Below are positions 8,997 to 18,604 of a stretch of DNA of 64,000 bases, piece after piece. The stretch lies in the NCBI GenBank assembly GCA_965263365.1, contig OZ253672.1:622686-686685 (forward strand), written 5' to 3'. The stretch comes from Paracoccaceae bacterium (GTDB lineage Bacteria > Pseudomonadota > Alphaproteobacteria > Rhodobacterales > Rhodobacteraceae). The notes beneath the pieces are model-generated. The model worked only from the letters and a program-made list of their open reading frames with translations. It was not told the DNA's origin and made no database searches. The position numbers and the translations under genes were made by a program. Numbering within the stretch: position 1 is the first letter of the stretch; each line of letters begins with the position of its first letter.

Positions 8997-10109
8997 TTAA
9001 AAGCTATTAATTTGGATCGCGCCTGAACTTTCTGCAAAATACAAAAAACCAAATGCCAAAAGAGCCAGCATGATCGCGAATAAAACGATCTTGATGATTG
9101 AGTATGGGCGTTCGCCAGAAATTCTTCCTGTTTGACCGTTAATCAAGCAGCGATAGGTTTTGCCACGAAATTTATAGGCGATCGTATAGACGGGTAACAA
9201 AATATGTTTGAAGCTTAGCGTTCCCATTTGGGTGCGCATATCGTGAATTCGCTGACGGTCGCCGCCAATATCGAACTTAACATCTCGGGTGATCACTTGT
9301 TGCATTTTGAACTGGGCTTGTTGCCAACCTTCATCAAGAGAGACCGAATAGGCTTCTGCCCGAAAACCGGCTAAAAATTCAGGATTGTAGGGCTCTAGGT
9401 CACCGAGATCATAAGGTTTAATGTCATTGGTAAAGCGACTTGGCAAAGATTTCGAGGCAATCACAAGCACGTCATCAAAAAAACGACGCACCCGTCCTTT
9501 CGCGTTACGCCACCTTACTTTTGGCACACGCCGCCGATTTTTTCCACTGCCGACTGTGATGTAGTAAACGTTCCCGCGCTGTCCGCGATAATCGGTTTGA
9601 GTTTGGGCATCAAAAGTCCAAAAAGGCATATATACACCCTGCATGGCCTTGCCTTTTCGGGCGTATTGGGAAAGGCCTGAAGGGGCAAACCAACGACGTT
9701 TTAACCACTCTCCAAGAATATCTCGAGCCTGTTTTTGATTGATCTGAAATGGGACAACACCTTTGGGTTTAAATTGGCGATGTGACCCTGTATCAATAAC
9801 CACTGGAGAAGCGCAGTAAGCACATTCCTTTGAATGGTCAAGGTCTCTGAACTCGATTTGTGCGCCGCAATTATTACAATTGGTAACCTTAATTGTTTCG
9901 TAAGCGTCTTCTTCGATTTGAGATTCAAGTGCCTTGCGCAAATCAAGTTCAGCGAGCTGCCAACTCTGCCTTGATTGCAATATTTCTTCGGTGTGCCCAC
10001 AATGATCACAAACAAGTTGGCCCTGATTGGGATTATAGCGTAAATCTGCGCCGCAAACTTCACAAGGGAAACGGTGTTCAGACTGCGGGGCTTTCATTTC
10101 ACTGGACAT
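8997..10109 (-). CDS. double zinc-ribbon protein with C-terminal TM anchor (YdjG-like)
   Basis: 370 aa. Two CxxC...CxxC ribbons (CEVCGA..CDHCGH; CNNCGA..CAYCAS), a basic central domain and one C-terminal TM helix (IIKIVLFAIMLALLAFGFLYF). It starts 22 nt downstream of the SPFH gene. Confidence 0.65.
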   Translation of the reverse strand: MSSEMKAPQSEHRFPCEVCGADLRYNPNQGQLVCDHCGHTEEILQSRQSWQLAELDLRKALESQIEEDAYETIKVTNCNNCGAQIEFRDLDHSKECAYCASPVVIDTGSHRQFKPKGVVPFQINQKQARDILGEWLKRRWFAPSGLSQYARKGKAMQGVYMPFWTFDAQTQTDYRGQRGNVYYITVGSGKNRRRVPKVRWRNAKGRVRRFFDDVLVIASKSLPSRFTNDIKPYDLGDLEPYNPEFLAGFRAEAYSVSLDEGWQQAQFKMQQVITRDVKFDIGGDRQRIHDMRTQMGTLSFKHILLPVYTIAYKFRGKTYRCLINGQTGRISGERPYSIIKIVLFAIMLALLAFGFLYFAESSGAIQINSF

Positions 10110-10131
10110 CGAAAAAACCGTATGCTTTCAG

Positions 10132-11250
10132 CTAGCTCTTTGGTAGTGGCGGGGGAGATACGGTAAAGAGCTTTGCCAATTCGTTGACGTTTCCTGCTTC
10201 TTTCCAGCCGTCTAATCCTTCTGTCCATGCTAGGGTTTCGCGCGTTATTTTCTTCTCGGTGACCATTCTTCCCAAATCAGCCTTTGAGTAAGGACCTTGT
10301 GCTTTGCCATTTAGCGCCACGTGCCAAGCGTGCTCAACAGGAGGAGGGGGGAGGTCTTGTGCAACTGCGTTTGATGTGACTTGTGGAATTGCACCCCAAG
10401 GACCTTGGAGCGTATTTTGTTGCATCATAGCAAGACCCAAACCTGCGCCGATACCTGCACTCATTCCACCCGATGCATTTGATCCCTCGATGGTCATGCC
10501 TTCTGCAGCCTGATAAGACATGTATTGGTTGAGATCGCCAACAATCCCCATTGAAGTGCGCTTGTCGAGCATTTCTTCAACTTTGGGAGGTAGGGAAATA
10601 TTTTCAATGTAAAAACTGGGCAGAGAGAGCCCGTATTCTCCAATCGAAGGTGCAATTGCGTTCGACAAAATGTGAGCGAGCTCAGGAGTGTTCGCCGCCA
10701 TGTCAAGCACGGGTATTCCAGAGCGTGCGATCGCCACCTGAATTTGCGAAACGATGACGTTGCGAATTTGATAACTGATTTCATCAGCCGTAAATTCGCC
10801 GTCAGTCCCGACCACTTCGACGAGAAAACGTGCAGGATCTGATATGCGAATTTCATAGGTTCCAAATGCGCGAATTCGTACAGGACCGAACTCGGGATCT
10901 CGGCACATTATTGGATTTTTAGTGCCCCATTTCAAATTGGAAATTCGCGTTGTGTTAATAAAATAAATTTCTGATTTGAAAGGCGATTTAAACCCATGAT
11001 TCCAGTGCTGAAGCGTTGTCATGATGGGCATATTGTTGGTTTCGAGCATATAAAGCCCGGGCGTGAAGACATCGGCAATTTGACCTTCATGGACAAAAAC
11101 AGCCGCTTGACCTTCGCGAACGGTGAGTTTAGCGCCGTACTTAATTTCATGTCCTTCGCGCTCAAACCGCCAAACCATTGTGTCTTGAGTGTCATCAGTC
11201 CACTCGATGACATCGATGAATTCACCCGATAGAAAATCAAAAATTGGCAT
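10132..11250 (-). CDS. SPFH/band-7 (YdjI-like, virion-core-like) protein with C-terminal GYF_2-like domain
   Basis: The N-terminus MPIFDFLSGEFIDVIEWTDD...MVWRF is characteristic of the YdjI-type SPFH family. A Gly/Ala/Met-rich linker follows. The C-terminus WHVALNGKAQGPYS..LAWTEGLDGWKEAGNV is GYF_2-like and is flanked by PPPP and PPPLP runs. The start is set at ATG 11248-11250, which has a GGAG RBS. Confidence 0.8.
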   Translation of the reverse strand: MPIFDFLSGEFIDVIEWTDDTQDTMVWRFEREGHEIKYGAKLTVREGQAAVFVHEGQIADVFTPGLYMLETNNMPIMTTLQHWNHGFKSPFKSEIYFINTTRISNLKWGTKNPIMCRDPEFGPVRIRAFGTYEIRISDPARFLVEVVGTDGEFTADEISYQIRNVIVSQIQVAIARSGIPVLDMAANTPELAHILSNAIAPSIGEYGLSLPSFYIENISLPPKVEEMLDKRTSMGIVGDLNQYMSYQAAEGMTIEGSNASGGMSAGIGAGLGLAMMQQNTLQGPWGAIPQVTSNAVAQDLPPPPVEHAWHVALNGKAQGPYSKADLGRMVTEKKITRETLAWTEGLDGWKEAGNVNELAKLFTVSPPPLPKS

Positions 11251-11396
11251 TGGTTTCACTCCATATTTTGTGCGCAAAGGTAAATTTCGTTCAAATTATG
11301 CGCTTTTTCACGTTATTCATTAAGGATAATCAAAGCATTAAATCGCCAGTCCAACAGGAAACTTAGTTACATTACTGATGAACTGGCTGCACCTGA

Positions 11397-12581
11397 TCAC
11401 GAGGCGTTTTCTGCTTTTGTTGCTGTTTCGACCTCTTCTTGTTTCGCTTTAGCTGCCGCAAGCGTTTGCTTAAGCTCTTGTTCAAGTGTAACGAGCTCTG
11501 CTTCGGCGGCTGCGCGTTTAGCTTTGCCTTCGTCAGCAATTCGTAAGCTGTCTTCGATCGTGCCAATCAATTCGGCATGTGACTTTTTGATTGCCTCGAT
11601 ATCGAAGATACCGCGCTCCATTTCTTCGCGTATTTCGGCGTTAGCGGTCCGCAGATTTTCTGCATTCTTTGTCAAAAGATCGTTTGTGAGATCGTTTGCA
11701 GACTTAACAGTGCTTGCGGCTTCACGCGAACGGTGAATGGTTACGGCTTGTGCAAGCTGAGTTTCCCAAAGAGGGACCGTATTGACCAGTGTTGAGTTAA
11801 TTTTTGTAACAAGCGATTTGTCATTTTCTTGCACCAAACGAATGGAGGGAAGTGACTGCATCGTAACTTGGCGTGTGAGTTTAAGGTCATGAACTCGGCG
11901 CTCAAGGTCATCTCGCGCGGCACGCAGATCTCGCAATTCTTGGGCGACGATTATGGCTTTGCCTTCGGCAGCCTTTTCAACTTTCGTAGCGAGTGCTGGG
12001 ATGTCCTTTGTGTCCAGCTGAGACAATTTCACCTCGCCAGCAGCTATATAGAGTTCAAGCTCATGATAAAAATCAAGTGTCTTCTCATAGAGCACATCGA
12101 GTGATTTAATATCTTTGAGTAGGGTGTGCTCATGTTCAAGCAACTCATCTGAAATTTTGTCGATCTGGCCTTGAACAGTTTCGAAACGCGCCATGAAGTC
12201 ATGAATGGGCTCTGCGCGCCCAAGTAGCTTTTGCCACCAAGATAGCTTGTAGTTTGGATCGAGTTCTTTGAATGAGAATCCGCGAAGCGTGCCAACCATT
12301 GAACGTAACGAACTTCCTGCTGGGCCAACATCTTTGTTGCGTACACCCGCAAGCATGGCCTGTGAAATTTCTTGCAATTCAGCCTGTGCGCTCGATCCAA
12401 AGGCGATGATGGATTGCGTTGAGCTCATATCAAGCTCCTTAACGCGACTATTAATCGCAGTTGTTTGCTTCTTATCGGCAGTCTCAATCGTAATCAGTTC
12501 GCCCTTTACTTCTGGTAAAGTTACATTGGTTACATCTGAAAGTTGATCAGTAAGTGTTTGAAGTCGTTCTGCTTTATTCAT
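11397..12581 (-). CDS. telA: TelA-family toxic anion resistance protein
   Basis: 394 aa, helical, with family-typical segments (QSIIAFGSSAQ, LRGFSFKELD, ...YEKTLDFYHELELYIAAGE). It has a 4-nt overlap with the upstream XpaC-like gene. Confidence 0.88.
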   Translation of the reverse strand: MNKAERLQTLTDQLSDVTNVTLPEVKGELITIETADKKQTTAINSRVKELDMSSTQSIIAFGSSAQAELQEISQAMLAGVRNKDVGPAGSSLRSMVGTLRGFSFKELDPNYKLSWWQKLLGRAEPIHDFMARFETVQGQIDKISDELLEHEHTLLKDIKSLDVLYEKTLDFYHELELYIAAGEVKLSQLDTKDIPALATKVEKAAEGKAIIVAQELRDLRAARDDLERRVHDLKLTRQVTMQSLPSIRLVQENDKSLVTKINSTLVNTVPLWETQLAQAVTIHRSREAASTVKSANDLTNDLLTKNAENLRTANAEIREEMERGIFDIEAIKKSHAELIGTIEDSLRIADEGKAKRAAAEAELVTLEQELKQTLAAAKAKQEEVETATKAENAS

Positions 12582-13471
12582 AGTGTTTCCTCCTTGGAAA
12601 TTTTGATACCTTCAAGCTCGAGACGTTCGCGTAAAACATCAATTTCCACATCGAGTTCGCTGCGTTTGTCTTCAAGCAATAGTTGAGATTTTTGACGAAA
12701 TCCCGCGTCCAATTCTCTCACCAGACTTTGATACTTTTCGAGGGGTTCGCCCATTTGCTGGGTTTGGGGTAGATTTAAAAATTGTGATGTCGCATCACGA
12801 GCACCTTTCAAGTAAACGCCCAAGTAACGCCGGGTTGCGCGATATTCGCCTGGGTTTTGCTCAATTTGCGCGAATACCTCTTCAGCACTTAAGGCAAAAT
12901 TTTCAATATCGAGTGTCAGGCGGCGGTCTTTAATTCCAGTGGCCATCGCACGAATTTCATCAAGCATGTTCTGTGCGCGTTCAATCGCTTCTGCTGCACG
13001 CGAGGCTTCATGTTGATTAACTCCTGAAAGTCCTTTTGATCGCATTGGATCCAAACCAAAGCTCATAATCATACCCGCGGTTGCGATTATGCCCACGCCC
13101 AACCCTGCAAATGCAGTGTCAATTCCGCTCATTACGCCGGTGCATGCAACGCCCGCACCCATCATTATGGCGGCTATTAATTTGCGCGGCAAAGCTGGTG
13201 CGCGCGCGATGGCACGGCTATGATACTCACCTTCGGCGTAAAGACCTTCTTGAACGATATGGCTTGCCCCGTAAATGAGTCCAGCTGAAAGAAGTCCTAA
13301 TATTGCGCTTAGAATACTTCCGTCCACAATTGACAAAAGACCCGCGATGGCGATCGGAATCGCAAAATATCGATAGATTCGGGCGCGCGAGATCAATTTC
13401 TTATTGATGTGTGCGCTGACACGATCCTGCCCTTTTTGGGGGCTATATTTTCCGCCATATCTTTGGTTCAT
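12578..13471 (-). CDS. XpaC-like (5-bromo-4-chloroindolyl phosphate hydrolysis protein family) membrane protein
   Basis: 297 aa with N-terminal TM helices and a C-terminal helical/coiled region. It is tightly coupled to TelA, as with the xpaC-yaaN pair of Bacillus. Family assignment rests on architecture and context only. Confidence 0.6.
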   Translation of the reverse strand: MNQRYGGKYSPQKGQDRVSAHINKKLISRARIYRYFAIPIAIAGLLSIVDGSILSAILGLLSAGLIYGASHIVQEGLYAEGEYHSRAIARAPALPRKLIAAIMMGAGVACTGVMSGIDTAFAGLGVGIIATAGMIMSFGLDPMRSKGLSGVNQHEASRAAEAIERAQNMLDEIRAMATGIKDRRLTLDIENFALSAEEVFAQIEQNPGEYRATRRYLGVYLKGARDATSQFLNLPQTQQMGEPLEKYQSLVRELDAGFRQKSQLLLEDKRSELDVEIDVLRERLELEGIKISKEETL

Positions 13472-13677
13472 GAAAAAAACCTTGCGATCGCGTAAACCAG
13501 TGACGCAAGAACCATATAGTGCCCAAATTTGGAAACTGTTGACGTTTTCATCCCCTTAAGTCCATTCTATCTTATAGCTATAATGTGGCCATTATATTAC
13601 AAAATTGCAACATTTTTGCGAATTTTTGAGCTGATTTTGAGTATATAATCTAAATTATCGTCTTGATTAAAATGATT

Positions 13678-13706
13678 TGCCCGCACGATTTGGTAACATG
13701 CGGGCA
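13678..13706 (-). terminator. hairpin just downstream of the TerC gene
   Basis: TGCCCGCA-13 nt loop-TGCGGGCA, an 8-bp GC-rich stem located 12 nt past the terC stop. T-rich tracts flank it on both strands. Confidence 0.5.
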
Positions 13707-13717
13707 GATTTTTGTTG

Positions 13718-14545
13718 TTAGTGAGAGCTTGTGGTTTTTCCCGCACGAATTTTGTCTAGCTTTCGTTGATAGCGAGACTGCACAACTTCAACCATAAACA
13801 ACACGGCAATCGAGAAGTAGAAGGTTGTTTTTGCAAGGGGTTCGATGGGGTGCCCAAATAATTTGAGATGACCCAAATGACCACCTTCGCCGAGCAGTGA
13901 AACACCAACGATCAAGAGTACGAAAAGACCAAGGACTTCGTACATACGATTTTTTTCCAAGAAACGCGCAAAGCCATCTGCGATTAAGAACATCGCAAGA
14001 CCCGATAAGATGATGCCGGCCGCCATAACTTCAAAGACTTTTGAAATTGCCATGGCTGTCAAAGTACTATCAAATGAGAACACAAGGTTCATAATCAATA
14101 TGTTGATCATGACCCGCATTGCTGACGAGTGTTTATTTTCGTGGTCGGAGTGGAGATCATCAACAGAAAGCATATGTGATATTTCTTTAATCGCGGTATA
14201 CATAAGGAATGCGCCACCAACGATAAAGACAAGAACTTGTAAATTAAAATCACCTTGGATCCAATCCACTGGCAAGTTTAAGTTGAAATGATCGCCACCT
14301 GAGCCGTTGATAGAAAAAAACGGCTTTTGAAAGCGAGCAAGCATAATGATGGTGAGCCACAATAGTATAATTCTGAGTATCACGGCCCAAATAATACCTT
14401 GTTTGCGCAAACGTTCTTGCTGTCCAATCGGACCGCGATTGGCCTCTATCGAAATATATAGAAGATTGTCAAATCCTAATATCATCTCAAGGATAAATAT
14501 GACGAGTAGATGCCAGGCATTATCAAGTGTTAAGAGATCGGCCAT
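13718..14545 (-). CDS. terC: TerC family integral membrane protein
   Basis: 275 aa, polytopic. ILEMILGFDNLLYISI and LVFSFDSTLTA are the paired conserved DN/D-containing helices of TerC/Alx-type proteins. Confidence 0.88.
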   Translation of the reverse strand: MADLLTLDNAWHLLVIFILEMILGFDNLLYISIEANRGPIGQQERLRKQGIIWAVILRIILLWLTIIMLARFQKPFFSINGSGGDHFNLNLPVDWIQGDFNLQVLVFIVGGAFLMYTAIKEISHMLSVDDLHSDHENKHSSAMRVMINILIMNLVFSFDSTLTAMAISKVFEVMAAGIILSGLAMFLIADGFARFLEKNRMYEVLGLFVLLIVGVSLLGEGGHLGHLKLFGHPIEPLAKTTFYFSIAVLFMVEVVQSRYQRKLDKIRAGKTTSSH

Positions 14546-14650
14546 TTATGTTCTCCGAATAAGTTAAAATTTATCAAGCCAAGCAATAGAGCAACACGAT
14601 AATAAAAAAAACCCCTTTCACCTATGATTTATAATGAAGCATGCGTTGCC

Positions 14651-14683
14651 AAAAAAACGCTTCGCAAAATTACGAAGCGTTTT
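14651..14683 (-). terminator. rho-independent terminator after the Excalibur lipoprotein gene
   Basis: On the minus strand: AAACGCTTCG-8 nt loop-CGAAGCGTTT followed by a T7 run. It lies about 20 nt past the stop at 14705. Confidence 0.7.
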
Positions 14684-14704
14684 GAAATAAAATTTAAATA
14701 TTCT

Positions 14705-15250
14705 TTATCCCCAAGGTGATGTGCGGGTATCTACGCCTTGAAGCTGACGGTAAGGGGTTGGGTCAAAACGACAGGCGAAACCATCACCATCTCTATCAAG
14801 GCCGAGCGGGTCAGCTTGTGGACCACCTTTTTCTAAGAATACACGTTGCGCCTCAAAAGAGCTGGAATAAGAATTGCAGCTTCCTGAGCCACCTCCGCTG
14901 CGCGGATAGGCGCGAACCCCAACTGGGTTTGTGCTCGAGCGCGCATAGCCAGCGACGTTGACATTTAAATTAACAGTTGGGACTGTCACGCTTGTAACCT
15001 CAACGCGTTGTTGCGCAATTTGATTTTGTAGTTCCGCATAGCGCGTGCGTGAAATTTCTTGCTGTTCTTGTGTTTCGTCTGAAAGCACAATGCTGTTCGG
15101 ATTATCAGCAAGTTGTGTCGCATCACATTGAACTCCTGGAACACAGTAAGTTTCGTCAAAATTGTTCACCGATTGTGGTGCTTCTGGCTCTGGTTGTACA
15201 CAAGCAGTTAGGGCGGTAAGTGCGACAGAAATAGTTAAAATATTTTTCAT
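14705..15250 (-). CDS. lipoprotein with C-terminal Excalibur calcium-binding domain
   Basis: Signal/lipobox [17 protein letters not shown]. The C-terminal CNSYSS..EAQRVF......[11 protein letters not shown] is the Excalibur motif. ATG 15248-15250 overlaps the gatA stop (ATGA). An alternative start lies at 15262. Confidence 0.8.
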   Translation of the reverse strand: MKNILTISVALTALTACVQPEPEAPQSVNNFDETYCVPGVQCDATQLADNPNSIVLSDETQEQQEISRTRYAELQNQIAQQRVEVTSVTVPTVNLNVNVAGYARSSTNPVGVRAYPRSGGGSGSCNSYSSSFEAQRVFLEKGGPQADPLGLDRDGDGFACRFDPTPYRQLQGVDTRTSPWG

Positions 15251-16728
15251 TTTATCCACCATTTATTTGGTTTTTGATTAAATTGTACTTGGCTTTCGAG
15301 TGCGTGAGCAAGAGAAAGCAAAGAAGTTTCTGCAAGCGGTCTTCCGATGAGCTGAAGTCCTAAAGGAAGCCCTTCTTGTGAAAGGCCGGCGGGAACAGAA
15401 ATACCCGGAAGCCCAGCCATATTAAGAGTGATTGTGAATATATCGTTGAGATACATTTGAACAGGGTCGGTTGATTTAGCAGAATCAGTCGCGAATGCGG
15501 GACTTGGTGTTATTGGCGATAAAATTGCATCAAGCCCTTCGTTAAAGACCTTATCAAAATCGGCTTTGATCAGGCTTCTGATTTTTTGCGCGCGAATATA
15601 GTAGGCATCATAAAAACCCGCTGAAAGCACATATGTTCCCATCATGATGCGTCGCTTAACTTCCGAGCCAAAGCCTTCGGCTCTCGTTTTTGCGTACATG
15701 TCATGGATGCCTTCTTGAGCACTTACATCGGCACGCTTTCCATAGCGCACGCCATCATATCTCGCGAGGTTGGATGAAGATTCCGCGGGCGCAATGACAT
15801 AGTAGGCCGCAAGCGCATATTTGGTCATAGGCAAGGATATATCAACGATTTCGGCGCCAAGATCGCGCAACATATCGGCGCCCTGCGACCAGAGAGAATC
15901 TATCTCAGAGGGGAGGCCGTCAATTCGGTACTCTTTCGGAATTCCAATTCGCTTTCCTTTAATCGAATTTCCGATTTCAGTAGTAAAATCAGGCGTTGGG
16001 ACATTCAAAGAAGTCGAATCTTTTGCGTCATATCCGCACATGCTATTGAGCATAATTGCAGCATCTTCAACGGATTTAGTGATGGGTCCAGCTTGATCAA
16101 GTGAGCTTGCATAGGCAATAATTCCATAGCGAGAACAACGACCATAAGTTGGCTTAATGCCTACCGTTCCTGTGAAAGCGGCGGGTTGGCGAATGGAGCC
16201 GCCGGTGTCTGTTGCAATTGCAGCAATGGCTGTATCGGCTCCGACGGCAGCGGCTGATCCTCCCGAGGATCCACCTGGACTTAGGTCTTTATCGATGCGC
16301 CAAGGGTTAATTGCGGGACCGTAGCAGCTCGATGTGGTCGAAGATCCCATGCCAAATTCGTCCATATTGGTCGCACCGAGGTACACAGCACCTGAATTCC
16401 AGAGTTTTTCGGTTATTGTACTTTCATATGACGGCACAAAACCTTCGAGTATTTTTGACGCGGACTGCGCAGGCTGCCCTTTGACACAAAATAGGTCTTT
16501 CGTGGCGATGGGTATCCCGGTCAGATCAGTTGCATCACCAGAAGAAATCCGTGCGTCAGCGGCTTTGGCATCTGCAAGCGTTCGTTCTTCGTCCACGTGG
16601 ATAGTTGCATTAAGCGGTGCGGCTAATTTTGTCGCATCCAGACACGCTTGTGCCAATTCAGTTGCACTAAATTTCTTTGTACGAAGGCCAGAACTTGCTT
16701 CGGAAATTGTAAGTTCGTTCAACGCCAT
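15247..16728 (-). CDS. gatA: Asp-tRNA(Asn)/Glu-tRNA(Gln) amidotransferase subunit A
   Basis: 493 aa with the amidase signature [11 protein letters not shown]...[12 protein letters not shown]. It follows gatC. Confidence 0.96.
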   Translation of the reverse strand: MALNELTISEASSGLRTKKFSATELAQACLDATKLAAPLNATIHVDEERTLADAKAADARISSGDATDLTGIPIATKDLFCVKGQPAQSASKILEGFVPSYESTITEKLWNSGAVYLGATNMDEFGMGSSTTSSCYGPAINPWRIDKDLSPGGSSGGSAAAVGADTAIAAIATDTGGSIRQPAAFTGTVGIKPTYGRCSRYGIIAYASSLDQAGPITKSVEDAAIMLNSMCGYDAKDSTSLNVPTPDFTTEIGNSIKGKRIGIPKEYRIDGLPSEIDSLWSQGADMLRDLGAEIVDISLPMTKYALAAYYVIAPAESSSNLARYDGVRYGKRADVSAQEGIHDMYAKTRAEGFGSEVKRRIMMGTYVLSAGFYDAYYIRAQKIRSLIKADFDKVFNEGLDAILSPITPSPAFATDSAKSTDPVQMYLNDIFTITLNMAGLPGISVPAGLSQEGLPLGLQLIGRPLAETSLLSLAHALESQVQFNQKPNKWWIK

Positions 16729-17015
16729 TATTCGACCACCTTTGGAACTGCAAAAAAACCTTCTCTTTCAAGAGGCGCGTTTTTGAGAATCTCTTGTTGC
16801 CGGTTTCCGTCGGTAATGTCATCTTCGCGCATAGGCGCGTTTGTTGGTACGACGGATGTTAATGGTTCAATGCCGTCAACATCGACTTCTTGCAAAGAAT
16901 CGAGCATATCAAGAACTGAACTTAACTCATTGCTCAATGGTGCGACCTCCGCGCTTTCAATTTGAATTCGCGATAGGTTGGCAACACGCCTCACAGTATT
17001 TTCGTCAATAGCCAT
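16728..17015 (-). CDS. gatC: Asp-tRNA(Asn)/Glu-tRNA(Gln) amidotransferase subunit C
   Basis: 95 aa. The sequence V..VA.LSRI......A......L..VL...D.L.EVD..G..P is GatC-like. It overlaps the gatA start by 1 nt. Confidence 0.9.
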   Translation of the reverse strand: MAIDENTVRRVANLSRIQIESAEVAPLSNELSSVLDMLDSLQEVDVDGIEPLTSVVPTNAPMREDDITDGNRQQEILKNAPLEREGFFAVPKVVE

Positions 17016-17129
17016 ATATTAACCTCTTTAAATGTGCTTTAGCGATTCATACGACCTCTTGCAAGCTTGATCACCATGATTTGCGAGCCTTTGCTGATGA
17101 ACAAGTTATTCTGATGCAGTTTTATCGCG

Positions 17130-17597
17130 CTATCTTCTTTGTGCGAAGAATTCTTTGAGAAGGCTTTGCGCCTGCGCCTCACTGATTCCTTCGTAAACGT
17201 CGGGCTTGTGATGACATTGAGGATGGCTAAATACACGAGCCCCGTGTAAAATTCCGCCTGATTTTGGATCTTCTGCACCAAAATAAAGTCGAGCTATGCG
17301 TGCATGAGAAATGGCGCCCGCGCACATCGCACATGGCTCAAGGGTTACGTATAAGTCACAATCATTCAAACGCGAATTCTTAAGCAAACGCGACGCGTTT
17401 CTAAGGGCGACGATTTCAGCATGTGCACTCGGGTCATGATCACGAAGAGTACGATTTTGTCCGCGCGCAATGAGTTGCCGATCTTTAACAATCACTGCGC
17501 CTACGGGAACCTCGCCAGCTTTGGCAGCAAGCCTCGCCTCCTCAAGTGCGAATTCCATATGGGTTTCAAAGTTGTGAAGATTAGAGTTGGCCACCAT
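17130..17597 (-). CDS. tadA: tRNA adenosine(34) deaminase
   Basis: The CMP/dCMP deaminase zinc motifs HAEIVALR and PCAMCAGA are present. Size of 155 aa fits. Confidence 0.9.
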   Translation of the reverse strand: MVANSNLHNFETHMEFALEEARLAAKAGEVPVGAVIVKDRQLIARGQNRTLRDHDPSAHAEIVALRNASRLLKNSRLNDCDLYVTLEPCAMCAGAISHARIARLYFGAEDPKSGGILHGARVFSHPQCHHKPDVYEGISEAQAQSLLKEFFAQRR

Positions 17598-17695
17598 AGG
17601 ATGTTATTAAATGGAGACAAGAAAATGTACCAGAGATTTTTTGTTTTTGTCGATTAGGTCTCGTCAAATTACAAACTTTTTTGTAACTTGATTTT

Positions 17696-18604
17696 ATGAA
17701 CAAAAAAAACACAGGTACTAAAAGATCTTCTTCCGAAAGACTTGCAAAGAATTTAGCGCGTTCAGGGGTCGCATCTCGTAGAGAATCTGAGAAATTAATT
17801 TTGGCGGGACGCGTGGAGGTTAATGGCAAAGTGATTTTGACGCCTGCATTTAACGTCACGGCTAATGACCAAATCAAATTTGATGGAAAATTACTTACAA
17901 AGCCGCCATTGCGGGTCTGGCTTTATCATAAGCCTACTGGATTGGTGACGACAAAGCGAGATGAAAAAGGGCGCGCGACGATATATGATAAACTTCCAAG
18001 AGAATTGAGCGAGGTCAATACGGTTGGAAGGCTAGATTTAAATTCCGAGGGCCTGTTGGTTTTAACGAATGACGGCGAATTAAAGCGACGTCTTGAGCTG
18101 CCTGAAACGGGTTGGCGACGAAAGTACCGAGTGCGGGCGTTTGGTAAGATTGCAGAACAGCAAATACAAAACATGCGCGAAGGTGTTATAATTGACGGCG
18201 AAAAGTTTCGCCCTATGGAGGTCGAATTTGATCGCGCTCAAGGCGACAATGCTTGGTATACTGTCGCAATTCGGGAAGGGCGCAACCGTGAAATTCGACG
18301 TATATTCGAATATTTTGGGTTGGTCGTGAATCGCTTGATCCGTGTGAGTTATGGGCCTTTTCAGTTGGGATCGATGCAAAAGGGCGAGGTAAGCGAGTTG
18401 AGGCGTCGCGCGTTAACATCGCTTCTTGGCGGGCTCATCCCGGAGAATGTCGAAATCGCAGAAACGGCATTAGAATTGAATCGCGAGGAAAAGGTGGAGA
18501 CTAATAAACTTTTAAAAACAAGCCGTATTCAAAATGACCGAGCGAAGCCATCGCGATATGAATCTAAAAACAAAACTAATCCGTCCAAACGTAATTCCAG
18601 ATGA
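17696..18604 (+). CDS. rluB: S4-domain pseudouridine synthase (RluB/RsuA family)
   Basis: S4 domain ERLAKNLARSGVASRRESEKLILAGRVEVNG and catalytic block GRLDLNSEGLLVLTNDG, plus a basic C-terminal tail. Confidence 0.85.
   Translation: MNKKNTGTKRSSSERLAKNLARSGVASRRESEKLILAGRVEVNGKVILTPAFNVTANDQIKFDGKLLTKPPLRVWLYHKPTGLVTTKRDEKGRATIYDKLPRELSEVNTVGRLDLNSEGLLVLTNDGELKRRLELPETGWRRKYRVRAFGKIAEQQIQNMREGVIIDGEKFRPMEVEFDRAQGDNAWYTVAIREGRNREIRRIFEYFGLVVNRLIRVSYGPFQLGSMQKGEVSELRRRALTSLLGGLIPENVEIAETALELNREEKVETNKLLKTSRIQNDRAKPSRYESKNKTNPSKRNSR

Noticed and set aside
14546-14704. A manganese (yybP-ykoY) riboswitch upstream of the TerC-family gene.
   Set aside because: The leader is AT-rich and lacks the conserved GGGGAGTAG-type core. 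The only strong structure is the terminator of the upstream lipoprotein gene.
17039-17281. An 80-aa ORF overlapping the 3' end of tadA, and ORF 17581..17877 in the tadA/rluB divergent region.
   Set aside because: They overlap a well-supported gene or a promoter region. They have a lysine/arginine-rich composition and lack motifs.
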